DNA of 63,919 nt, the filler included, from Collodictyon triciliatum (lineage: Eukaryota), in NCBI GenBank assembly GCA_043381765.1. It is 8 parts of 8 records of this genome, joined end to end, with 100 filler letters (N's around TTAATTAATTAA, not from the genome) between each part and the next. Parts side by side here need not be neighbours in the genome. Positions count along the whole stretch, not along the records: positions 17,054 to 25,478 come from JBHJMP010003435.1; positions 25,579 to 33,986 come from JBHJMP010003436.1; 6 more parts are not named here. The stretch is one strand, 5' to 3'. The position numbers were made by a program, and so were the translations under genes. Positions 17,054 through 27,323 of the stretch are shown here, one piece after another (the stretch's first letter is position 1; each line of letters begins with the position of its first letter). Under the pieces are notes generated by a model, which was given only the letters and a program-made list of their open reading frames with translations, ran no database searches and was not told where the DNA came from.

Positions 17054-20000
17054 AAGGGGCCCAATCACATGACCGCTTCGGAGACATCTACGTGAAGCAG
17101 TCAAAGTAATAATTGATCATTTATAGACGTTTTTTTTTTTTTTTTGCCTTTATTTCTGTAAATATATATATATATGTATGCTGATCAATTTTTTATGATA
17201 GGAATGAGCAAGCTCTGGTTGAATACACAAAGGCCATGGAAATCCGCCAAAAGAAAGTCGGAAACGAGCATCCACTTGTCGCAACATCGTACCAGAACTA
17301 TGGTCATGTCTCTCTGGCTGGGAAAAAGTAGCATATATATCCATTTAACTGGTTTTAAATCTACTTATAATTTGAGAAATATTAATATGATTGAATCTCC
17401 AAGGTATGAAGAATCTATTGAAAACTACGAAGAGGCAAGATCAATCCTTGAAAAATCGCTGGGGGCTAAGCATGCATCTGTTGCCTCGACAATCCAGTTC
17501 ATTGCAAACGTTCATCTTGCCAGTGGAAAGTTCGGATTTCTAAATTACAGATATATACATACAACATTAATTATTTTATTTCTTTCTTTCAATTTTTTAA
17601 AATGAGTGTTGCTTTATATATTTCATTGTATGGATGCTATTTGGGGATAATTTTGCATCATATAATTCTAACTAATTATATAAATATCAAATTACTTTTA
17701 TCTTATATAGGAAAACTGAGGCCTTGTCCTCATTAAAGCAATCGCTGGATATTTTCATGTCTGCCCTGGGTGAAAATCATCCGAATGTTGTGGCCTGCTA
17801 TGAAATGATTGGAGACATCAGCCATGATTTGAAGGAGTATCTCTTTATTAATTATTATTACATATTTAATTGAAAACAATAATGTATTTACTCATATTAT
17901 CCTAGCTTCAAGGGTGCTTTGGAGGCGTATGCAAAGACGCTGGATATTCGCGCGAGAACACTGGGCGAAAAGCATGCTGATTATGCGACTTCCCTGGAGA
18001 ATGTTGGCAGAACAAACTTTGAGCTTAAAAGGTTAAATTTCTCTATTATATTAAAAAAAATTAAATATTTTGATTAACACTTCCAAAAACAATGAATATT
18101 CATTAATGTTCATGCATCTAGATTGGACCAAGTCGTGGAATACTTCCAAAAGGCAGCTGCTATCAGAAAGGAGACACACACAATCATGTCGCTGAAAGAT
18201 GGCTCACAAATTGACAACATTATCCGATTCATGAAGGATAAGAAAGAGCATGAAGCCGTCATTCAGCTTTACAAAACGCTGATTCATTTATTCAGCAAGC
18301 TTTACTCCATGGATTATCTTGGGATATGGAACAGCTGTGAGGAAATCGACAAGACTTACAAGGAACTGAAGCAGCATAACGAAGCAGTGGCATTCTGGGC
18401 TGAGATGAGAGACAGATTTGCTGATAAATTTGGATGGATTCACCCCAGTACATTAAACTCATGCAAATACTTGTCCGTTCATTCAAAGGAAATTGGAATC
18501 AACAGAGAGCCTGTCGAGTTTACAAGAGTCAAGGAATTCATCAGTGAAACTCTTGATGATGCAAAGCTGGATGAGGAATGGAATCGTGAACAAATAATTC
18601 CATTTTTATTCAGCATTGTCTACATGTCAAAGACCGATGAGAGCAAATCAAAGGCTGCATCTGATGCAATCACACTTTTGAATTTCATGAATGTTTCGTT
18701 CAGTGGAATGGATTTATCAAACATCAAAATTCCACATGCAAATCTCAGTAACTCAATCCTTGATGGTGCAAATCTCACTGGTGCCAACTTGGATGGTGTT
18801 GACTTCACGAATTCGATGCTTGGTGATTGTGTTTTTGATAATGCGAATATGAATAACGTGAAATTCGGAATTCCTTATGATAAATTGGAAGGACATACAA
18901 GTTCTGTCTATAGTGTTTGCTCTATTCAAGGACCAAATGGTGAAAATTGGCTGGCTTCTGGAAGCAAAGATAAAACAATACGTATTTGGGATGTAGCCAC
19001 AGGAAACCAAATCAAAACATTAAAAGGACATACAAGTTCTGTATATAGTGTTTGCAGTATTCAAGGACCGAATGTTGAAAGTTGGCTGGCTTCTGGAAGT
19101 GATGATAAAACAATACGTGTTTGGGATGTAGCCACAGGAAACCAAATCAAAACATTAGAAGGACATACAATGGATGTCAGGAGTGTTTGCAGTATTCAAG
19201 GGCCGAATGGTGAAATTTGGTTGGCTTCTGGAAGTGGTGATAAAACAATACGTATTTGGGATGTAGCCACAGGAAGCCAAATCAATATATTAGAAGGCCA
19301 TACAGATTGGGTCAGAAGTGTTTGCAATATTCAAGGACCGAATGATGAAAATTGGTTGGCTTCTGGAAGTGGTGATAAAACAATAATTATTTGGGATACA
19401 ACCACAGGAAGCCAAATCAAAACATTAGAAGGACATACAAATGATGTCGTGTGTGTTTGCAATATTCTAGGACCGAATGGTGAAAAGTGGCTGGCTTCTG
19501 GAAGTTGGGATAAAACAATACGTGTTTGGGATGTAGCCACAGGAAACCAAATCAATAAATTGGAAGGACATACAGAATCTGTCAAGAGTGTTTGCAGTAT
19601 TCAAGGACCGAATGGTGAAAATTGGCTGGCTTCTGGAAGTGGTGATAAAACAATAAGTATTTTGGATATATCCACAGGAAACCAAATTAAAATATTAAAA
19701 GGGCATATCAATGATGTCAATAGTGTTTGCAGTATTCAAGGACCGAATGGAGAAAATTGGTTGGCTTCTGGAAGTCGTGATAATACAATACGCATCTGGG
19801 ATGTAGCCACAGGAAACCAAACACACAGTCTGCAAAAACTAGAAGTTACCTACACTGAAGGAAAATACCTCGTCAAGAAAGAAAAGCCAGACGAAGTCAT
19901 CGCAGTATTCAACAGAACAAGTGATGCGATGAACATGATTGACACCAATAGAATCCAAGATGCAAGGACAGTCCAGATTATCGGCCCAAGAAAGCTGCAA

Positions 20001-20228
20001 GGTGGAAACATCCAAATCAGAAATGTCACGGGATTGAGTCAATACAACAAATCCCTCCTTCTTTCTATCGGTGCTGCTTCCTTTCATGCGGAATTTGCTA
20101 CTTATTGTGAGCAGGGTAAGTTCACCAAGTTCCAGGCCCAAATGATGGCTGAGTGCTATGAGAATGGATGGGGTGTTGAGAAGGACACCGAGAAAGCAGC
20201 TGAGTGGAGACAGAAAGCCTCAGCTTAA
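17054..20228 (+). CDS. TPR - pentapeptide - 7x WD40 - Sel1 protein (NLR-like candidate receptor), 5'-truncated
   Basis: TPR exons 17202-17327, 17404-17529, 17711-17836, 17906-18031 (kinesin-light-chain-type ...LGxxHPxVA...). Terminal exon 18122-20228 carries ANLSNSILDGANLTGANLDGVDFT, seven GH...WD repeats and CYENGWGVEKDTEKAAEW. Confidence 0.9.
18879..19823 (+). repeat. Seven 135-bp coding tandem repeats (45-aa WD40 units)
   Basis: GGACATACA at 18891, 19026, 19161 etc.; high nucleotide identity between units. Confidence 0.95.
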
Positions 20229-21061
20229 CAAGGTAAGTAGTATAATAAATGCATATTAATATATGTTCGTTAACTATATTCATTTTAGATGGAGAGATTC
20301 TCTGGGTTTTTTTCAAGCAGACCTCCGCTTTTTTCCCACAAGGACGCTCCATGAAATCAGAATAAAACCATAAAAATGAAAGCAAAGCTGATCGATCTGT
20401 TGAATCCTTTTTTCAATAGAATGAATGTGTATAGAAATAATGACACAATATTTTACAATATACCAGAAGAGATTTACACAAGTACAATTCAATATAAAAT
20501 AAAGAATATGGGTACATACTATATTAATAGAAAGTAGTAATAGTAATATTGAAATATGAATCTGATATTACAATAGCTGATCAGAATTTTACAACCGAAA
20601 AATATTTTAGAATAGGCGAATATAGTTAATGGATAGTGTAAATGAAAAAAGTGTATGTGTAATTGGCATTTGTGAAATTAAGGTCTATCCGGGTGATAGG
20701 ATTATTATACAAGCTCTATTTATTTTTTGTGGTCTAATAACCGTTTTTTAAAGATTTTTCATCTGGATTTAATGAATAAATTTTACAGGATGATAGCTTA
20801 ACGAGTATGTGAGTATGTGCATATTAATCTAGAGACTGATAATTGCAGCAACTGTGTGAGTTATATAGATATATTCTTTAAATAGAGCATAAATATTAAA
20901 GAAAATATCCAAAAGTTTAATGGTGACAAAAAACTCGCAAATTTCCTATTTTTTCAAATAAATCAGGGTGGTCGAATTCTGTTAAATAGAATTAAAGTGT
21001 AAGCACTAATTATATAAAAATGCTATTAAGTATAATAAATAAAAGCGAGAGTATACTAGTC

Positions 21062-21088
21062 CAATGTGAAAGCACAGCTTTCACATTG
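21062..21088. other. Perfect hairpin, 12-bp stem and 3-nt loop
   Basis: CAATGTGAAAGC-ACA-GCTTTCACATTG. Confidence 0.9.
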
Positions 21089-21154
21089 AACGTCAAATCA
21101 GCGCGCAAATCTAGTTGCGAGATTTAAGAATTATTTGATACAACTAATTATAAA

Positions 21155-24100
21155 ATGCAATTAAGAGCTCATCAAGCAGAGTGCAAGCAAAAAATCTCCG
21201 AGTTTTTTGAAAATGGGTACAACTGCAAGGGGCTTGTCAAGATGTTTTGCGGCTCGGGCAAGAGCCTCGTGATCTACGACACGCTTCTTGCCCACGGCGG
21301 AGACCTCTGCGTCGTCGTCGTTCCGTCTATCCATCTGATCACGCAATTCAAAAGAGACTATCTGCTCGACGAAACCAAAATGAGATACAATCAACAAAAA
21401 TATTCCAAAGAATTTGACATTCTGACTGTATGCTCTCTGGATGAATTGGGAGACTGCAAAGACACATTCACTACCGATGAAACAGAAATCACAGACTTTT
21501 TGTTTACCGAATACACACAAAAAGTGGTGTTGATTACATACCAGAGTCTGCCCAAATTTGTTAAAATTGTGCAAGAAAACGAAATATCGATACACCTAGT
21601 TTGCTTTGACGAGGCTCACCACATTTTGGGAATAAAGATGAAGCATCTGCTGTTTGGATACGATGACTCTGAGTTTGAGTTTCAGGAAAAATTTGATGAA
21701 GAGAGTTTGTATGAATCGACGAGTTTTTTAGATAGTGTCAAGAGGACCTTGTTTTTTACGGCGACGCCCAAGAACTCGAATGGCGTTGTGATGTACGAGG
21801 TTCCAGAGACAGTTGGATACATGCTGAATGACGAGTTTGACGAAAACAGTGAGTTTTCGGATGAACCTCATTGTGGACCGATGCTGTTCGAGTACACGCA
21901 CCGGAACGGCGTCGACGACCTGATTCTAAATGATTTCAAGGTGCGTGTCGATATGTATACAGACAACACGGACAAGAGTGTTTTTGAGGCCATCTCGAGG
22001 TCGATTCTGGAAACAGGCAACAGTCGGGTGCTTACTTTTCATTCAAAGAGCTTTGTGAGTACTGGTGAAAAGTCTAATGTCTCGACATTCAGCAAGCAGA
22101 AAAAAGAGTTTTTAGAGAGTTTCCAAAAGGTCTGTCGAAACGAGTTTCCAGAGTTGCAGAAAAAGTACAAGAAAATCAGGTTCGAGGGAATGACCAGCAA
22201 GACGAAAAACCGAATGAAAATTCTGCATGAATTTGACGAGACGCCGGACGACGAAATTTTTATTCTGTCGTCTTGCAGGACAATCAATGAAGGTGTGGAT
22301 ACAAAGCGAGCAAACATGGTTGTGTTTGTAGACGAAAAGCAGTCTTTTATTGAAATCACGCAAAATATTGGGAGGGTCTGTCGAAAACAAGAAAAGTTGT
22401 CTACAATTGTGATTCCATGTTATGTGGATGTAACAAAGTACGCCAATTGTGAGACGGACGATGACAGAGACATCGTGATTCGGCAGGAGATGGCAAAGGG
22501 CGGAAACTTTAATGGAATTCTGAATGTGCTGAGTGCCCTGAGACAGGAAGACCCCTACATTTTTGAGCTGTGTCTAAAGTATCCAGAAGAGTACACGGAG
22601 ACAGAAATTCGTAGCAATCTAAAAAGAAACGGGCTTGAATTGCTGGACAAAGAGTATACGCCAGCAGAGTTGTTTTGTAATTACGGATGCGAGTATGATG
22701 AAAAAAAGTCGGAAGAGAGTAATTTCAGGGACCTGCAACAGGTGATAAAGAAAAATGTGCAGGTCATCAACAATTCAGTTTTGGAACAAGATTTGTATTT
22801 GGAAAGTCCAGAGTGTAACGAAACGGAGGTTATATATAAAACGGAGACAGGATACAAAAAAACTAGAAATAAAACAAATGGTGTAAGGAGGATAGAAAAA
22901 CCAAACCGGAATATGAAAATCAATGTGCATACGAATGACGAAATTAAGGTGTTGTGGAAGATGGTATCGGATATTTCGATACAGAAAAAGGTTTTTGGAG
23001 GGTTCATAGAGTGTGAGGTAAAGAATTTGGAAACAAGTGAGGATAGATGGATGGAGACACTAGACAATGTATCAAAATATATAGATGAGAATGGCAAGAG
23101 ACCTAGTTCAAAAAGTAGGAATAAAGAAGAAAAAAGGATGGGTTCATGGGTAAAAAATCAACAGACAAATTATAAAAAAAAAGTATTTTTAATGAAGAAT
23201 TCAAGTATCAGAAAAATGTGGGAATCTTTTTTAAAAAAATATTCGAAACACTTTTTATCTGGGAAAGAAATATGGATGCAGAAATTGGAGCAAGTGAAGC
23301 AGTACATCAATCAAAACAAAAAGACGCCAAGTGCTGCTGATAAAAATCCAGAAGTCAAAACTTTGGGATACTGGGTTTCAGATCAAAAAAAAAATTATGA
23401 AAAAAATGAGAATATAATGAGAGAGCCCGAAATCCGCAAACTGTGGGAGGAATTTAGGCAAGACTATTCAATATTGTCCAATACAGAAATATGGATGCAG
23501 AAATTGGAGCAAGTCAAGCAGTACATCAATCAAAACAAAAAGACGCCAAGTGCTGCTGATAAAAATCCAGAAGTCAAAACTTTGGCAATGTGGATTGGTA
23601 CTCAAAAAAAAATTATGAAAAAAATGAGAATATAATGAGAGAGCCCGAAATCCGCAAACTGTGGGAGGAATTCATGCAAGAGTTTTCAATGTACCTTTTG
23701 TCCAATACAGAAATATGGATGCAGAAATTGGAGCAAGTGAAGCAGTACATCAATCAAAACAAAAAGACGCCTAGTGCTGGTGATAAAAACCCAGAAATCA
23801 AAAGTTTGGGACAATGGATTCAAAACCAAAAAAATGGATATGAAAAAAATGAGAATATAATGAGAGAGCCCGAAATCCGCAAACTGTGGGAGGAATTTAA
23901 GATAGAGTACCTTGACGAGAAAAAGCCGGCACGAAAATCTACAAAAATAGCGCCAACAGAACTCAAAGAAAAATCAGAAACGGAACAGGAAAAAGCGAAA
24001 AGAAAAGTGTCGCAGTACCAGGAGCTCTGCAAAAAGATGGCGACGCAGCACTCGCAAACAACGAGCGAGCAGTTTGCGAAGAATCCTGGGCAGTGGCACG

Positions 24101-24579
24101 AGTACCACGATGCGCGCGACTTTTCGTTCGAGGGTTATGTAGAGCAAGATGAGATACCAGTCAACAAGATCATAAGGTACCTGCAGAGCAAGGAAAAGAG
24201 GAGGTTGAATATATTGGATTTGGGATGTGGCAGAAACAAGATCAAAACATTTTTTGAGGGGAATCGTAATTTTAATATAACGGGCTATGACCATGTTTCA
24301 TATAATGGGTCGATAGCGTGCGACATATCGGAGCTTCCGGAGGACAATGAGTCGGTGAGTATATGTATTTTTAGCCAGAGCCTGATGGGTAGCAACTGGC
24401 AGAGTTATATAAAGGAGGCGAAGCGGGTGCTTACTTATAACGGAGAGATGATAATTAGCGAGAGTGTGGAACGGTACAATGTGGTAAAAGAGACAGTAGT
24501 TGAACTCGGATTTACAATTTTGAGAGAAGAATATGAGCCGACGAATCGATGGTTTTATATATACGGAATAAGTAATTAG
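21155..24579 (+). CDS. SF2 (ResIII/Type ISP-like) helicase + 4 helicase-associated (HA) repeats + RRP8-like SAM methyltransferase; ~1141 aa if one frameshift near 23604-23612 is corrected
   Basis: Helicase motifs LRAHQ, MFCGSGKS, VPSIHLITQ, TYQS, DEAHH, TATP, INEGVD, QNIGRVCRK. HA repeats W..KLEQVKQYI.....PS........LG.W...Q. MTase ILDLGCG, ACDISELP, IFSQSLMGSN, EAKRVL. ORFs 21155..23635 and 23590..24579 join in an A9 run that is A10 in the sister repeat. Confidence 0.88.
23267..23897 (+). repeat. Three near-identical ~220-bp coding repeats (HA domains)
   Basis: GAAATATGGATGCAGAAATTGGAGCAAGT at 23267, 23486 and 23710. Confidence 0.95.
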
Positions 24580-24959
24580 TAAGTGGATAAATATTTAGAG
24601 TATTCTTGTAAAACAAGATATGTAACCAAGTTATAATCTTTTTTATTAAAATGAATAGTCTCAAACCACTGTATTTGTTTGACGTGTTCATTGATGTTTG
24701 GTGTCAAGATTTTGTCAAAGTTATTAATAACCTTAGCAATAAAAACGTAGTAAGTAGCAATTTTATAAGCGTTTTGGTCTAATAAATGATAGTCTTTATT
24801 GTAAATAAGTTTTGATTCTTCAAAAGTTTCTCTTATGGCAGTTTGAAATATAGTTTCATTTGGTTCGAAACTGCCTTTTGGAATGGACCATTTCAAACTT
24901 CTGTCGTCTAAAATCAATAAAAATTTAGAGCAATCTATACAATAAATTTGGACTTTCCG
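24576..24959 (-). pseudogene. Nudix hydrolase ORF with no ATG start (possibly 5'-decayed)
   Basis: Intact Nudix box GSFEPNETIFQTAIRETFEES preceded by KWSIPKG. The frame extends upstream as RKVQIYCIDCSKFLLIL to a TAA at 24960-24962, with no Met. Confidence 0.75.
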
Positions 24960-25156
24960 TTACGTGGTGTAAATTGTAAAACGTGAAACGTGAGTTGTAA
25001 AACGTAAAACGTAAAACGTGAGTTGTGTGAATAATGTGCCAAAATTTTTTACGCTTGGGTGGTACAAAAAATGTCCACTTACTATTTTAAGCTTCAGAAT
25101 ACCGTACAAAACATTCAGAGAGTACAAAGCACACTAAGCATACACAAAGCATCTCA

Positions 25157-25478
25157 CCCGAAAAAAATAAGAATGCGGGTTGTGAGAAAAGTCGATCTTC
25201 GCCCAAAAAAAAGAGAATGCGGGCTGTGAGAAAAGTCGATCTTCGCCCGACAAAATAAGAATGCGGGCTGTGAGAAAAGTCGATCTTCGCCCAAAAAAAA
25301 GAGAATGCGCGTTGTGAGAAAAGTCGATCTTCGCCCGAAAAAATGGGAATGCGGGTTGTGTGAAAAGTCGATCTCCGATCTTCGCCCGAAAAAAAGAGAA
25401 TGCGCGTTGTGAGAAAAGTCGATCTTCGCCCGACAAAATAAGAATGCGGGTTGTGAGAATAGTCGATCTTCGATCTTC
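25157..25478. repeat. 44-bp tandem repeat array, ~7 copies, runs into the contig end
   Basis: Unit ~GCCCGAAAAAAAGAGAATGCGGGTTGTGAGAAAAGTCGATCTTC with point variants and two 7-nt GATCT(T/C)C duplications. Confidence 0.95.
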
Positions 25479-25578
25479 NNNNNNNNNNNNNNNNNNNNNN
25501 NNNNNNNNNNNNNNNNNNNNNNTTAATTAATTAANNNNNNNNNNNNNNNNNNNNNNNNNNNNNNNNNNNNNNNNNNNN

Positions 25579-25769
25579 ATAAAAAATAGAATAAAAAATA
25601 GAATAAAAAATAGAATAAAAAATAGAATAAAAAATAGAATAAAAAATAGAATAAAAATAGAATAAAAAATAGAATAAAAAATAGAATAAAAAATAGAATA
25701 AAAAATAGAATAAAAAATAGAATAAAAAATAGAATAAAAAATAGAATAAAAAATAGAATAAAAAATAGA
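25579..25769. repeat. (ATAAAAAATAGA)n simple repeat
   Basis: Direct reading. Confidence 0.95.
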
Positions 25770-25817
25770 AGAAAGAGAAGAAAGAAGCAGGAGATGTGTG
25801 GCCGAGAAAACATTTAC

Positions 25818-27234
25818 CCAACGGAGTGCCAAAGGCTGCAGTATATGTCCATGTCGCCAGATTTATTGAGTCAGGAATATTTTCCCCTTCAGCACAAAAT
25901 GTAATCAAGGTGGATAAAGGAATATCCATGTCCTGACATAGAGCAGAAAACTTTCTCAAGAAGGAGCCCTATTACCATTCATACCTCGTAAATATGAATA
26001 CATCATATTATGGAGTATATTGGCTCTGAGAGACTAGACATTAGGGAAAATTCATGTATTGGATGGACATATTTTGAAGATGATTCATGAAGCACCTTTG
26101 AGTAGACAAAATTATCATCCCCTTGAGTGGTTTTTGGGTGGAATTCTTTCTCAAGGACAGGAAAAGTATATTCCATCGGATTCTCTTCATTGGTGATGTT
26201 GTATTGACGAATTTGCAGACTATAGATAAATTCATGATAGGCATATATTTGAATTAATGAAAATATCAATTCATATGAGCTCAATTATTATTTCGCAAAA
26301 CTGTCTAAGCTCCGCACTCAATTTTAGCAAAATGTTGATATTGATATATATTTACATATTGTATATGAATAAGACAAGATGATTTATTTATTGCGGGAAA
26401 TATGGAGAGAAAAAACAAACAGTCATCGATAAAGTACAAAAAGATAATTAAATTTAAGAAAAGATACCCTTGCAGCTGGGAATCGATGCGATAGCTAGAC
26501 ATACTAGAGTGAATCAAAAGAACTTTCTTGAACCCAACTTTCTTGATCCACTGGGATACATTCATCGCGTATTGGCCATTTCTATTCTGAATTATCGATT
26601 TTCCCTTTAAGATTTTAGATGACAAAAAAATAAAATAAAATAAATTCTTTAATAGTTTGGTACCTTTATTACTGGAGCACGTTGTTGAATAAGAAAAACA
26701 TTTTTCGATTTGACCTGATAGACTGATTATTTTTTTTTTATTAGGTTAGCATACAATAAATACCACTTGAATAATTCAAATAACAAACGAAGAATTAAAT
26801 CAACATGAAATAATTAGAATTACCCTCTAAATTCAGGGAAAGGTCATGACGACGCGATTGGGAGGCTATGTCATACGGAAGACTTCCAACTATTCTGACA
26901 ACAGAGGAATCGTTCAAAAACCCGACGCGCTCCGCACTCCAGGTTTGAATCATAAGATCGATGGCGAGTTGCGGTACATTCCCAATCGACATAGTTGGCT
27001 TAAAGGCAACAAGCAGTCAGCCATGCACAGCCATGGGTAAGGGCGATTAAGTGCGGTCATTTTCATTAGCATTTGTTTCTTTTAATGACTTTTTCATGCA
27101 CAGATGTGTTATCATATGGTACTGTTGCTATGGCGAAAGTTAGTTGTAGCTACCATGATCAAGGTGGTTGAAACAAAGTCCTTTTCTTCCACAAGCGGGG
27201 TAGAGCCCGAAGGAACAAAGTATGATGACTCCAT
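25818..27234 (-). CDS. PSMG2: Proteasome assembly chaperone 2 (PAC2), 3'-truncated
   Basis: MESSYFVP...TTLIM|PTMSIGNVPQLAIDLMIQ...; WIKKVGFKKVLLIHSS; LITFCAEGENIPDSINLA. Confidence 0.88.
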
Positions 27235-27323
27235 GAGGCGGCTAGGTAGCTGCAGAGTTGAGAGTTATCCACGATTCTTTGAGGGAGTTTTTTTTTTTAA
27301 AAAAAAAAGGGAAGGGGAAGAAG

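Larger units (their letters stand above)
21062..25478. mobile_element. Putative endogenous large-DNA-virus-derived island; boundaries uncertain
   Basis: Intronless 3.4-kb gene in an intron-dense genome, convergent ORFs with overlapping stops, virus-type domain content, flanking hairpin and tandem array. No capsid, polymerase or integrase in view. Confidence 0.6.

Noticed and set aside
20226-20228. TAA reassigned to Gln (ciliate-type code)
   Set aside because: No in-frame TAA/TAG in long conserved exons, and ALDH3 (TAA) and PKA-R (TAG) end at sensible positions
25157-25478. CRISPR-like array
   Set aside because: Units abut directly with only point variants; no unique spacers and no cas genes
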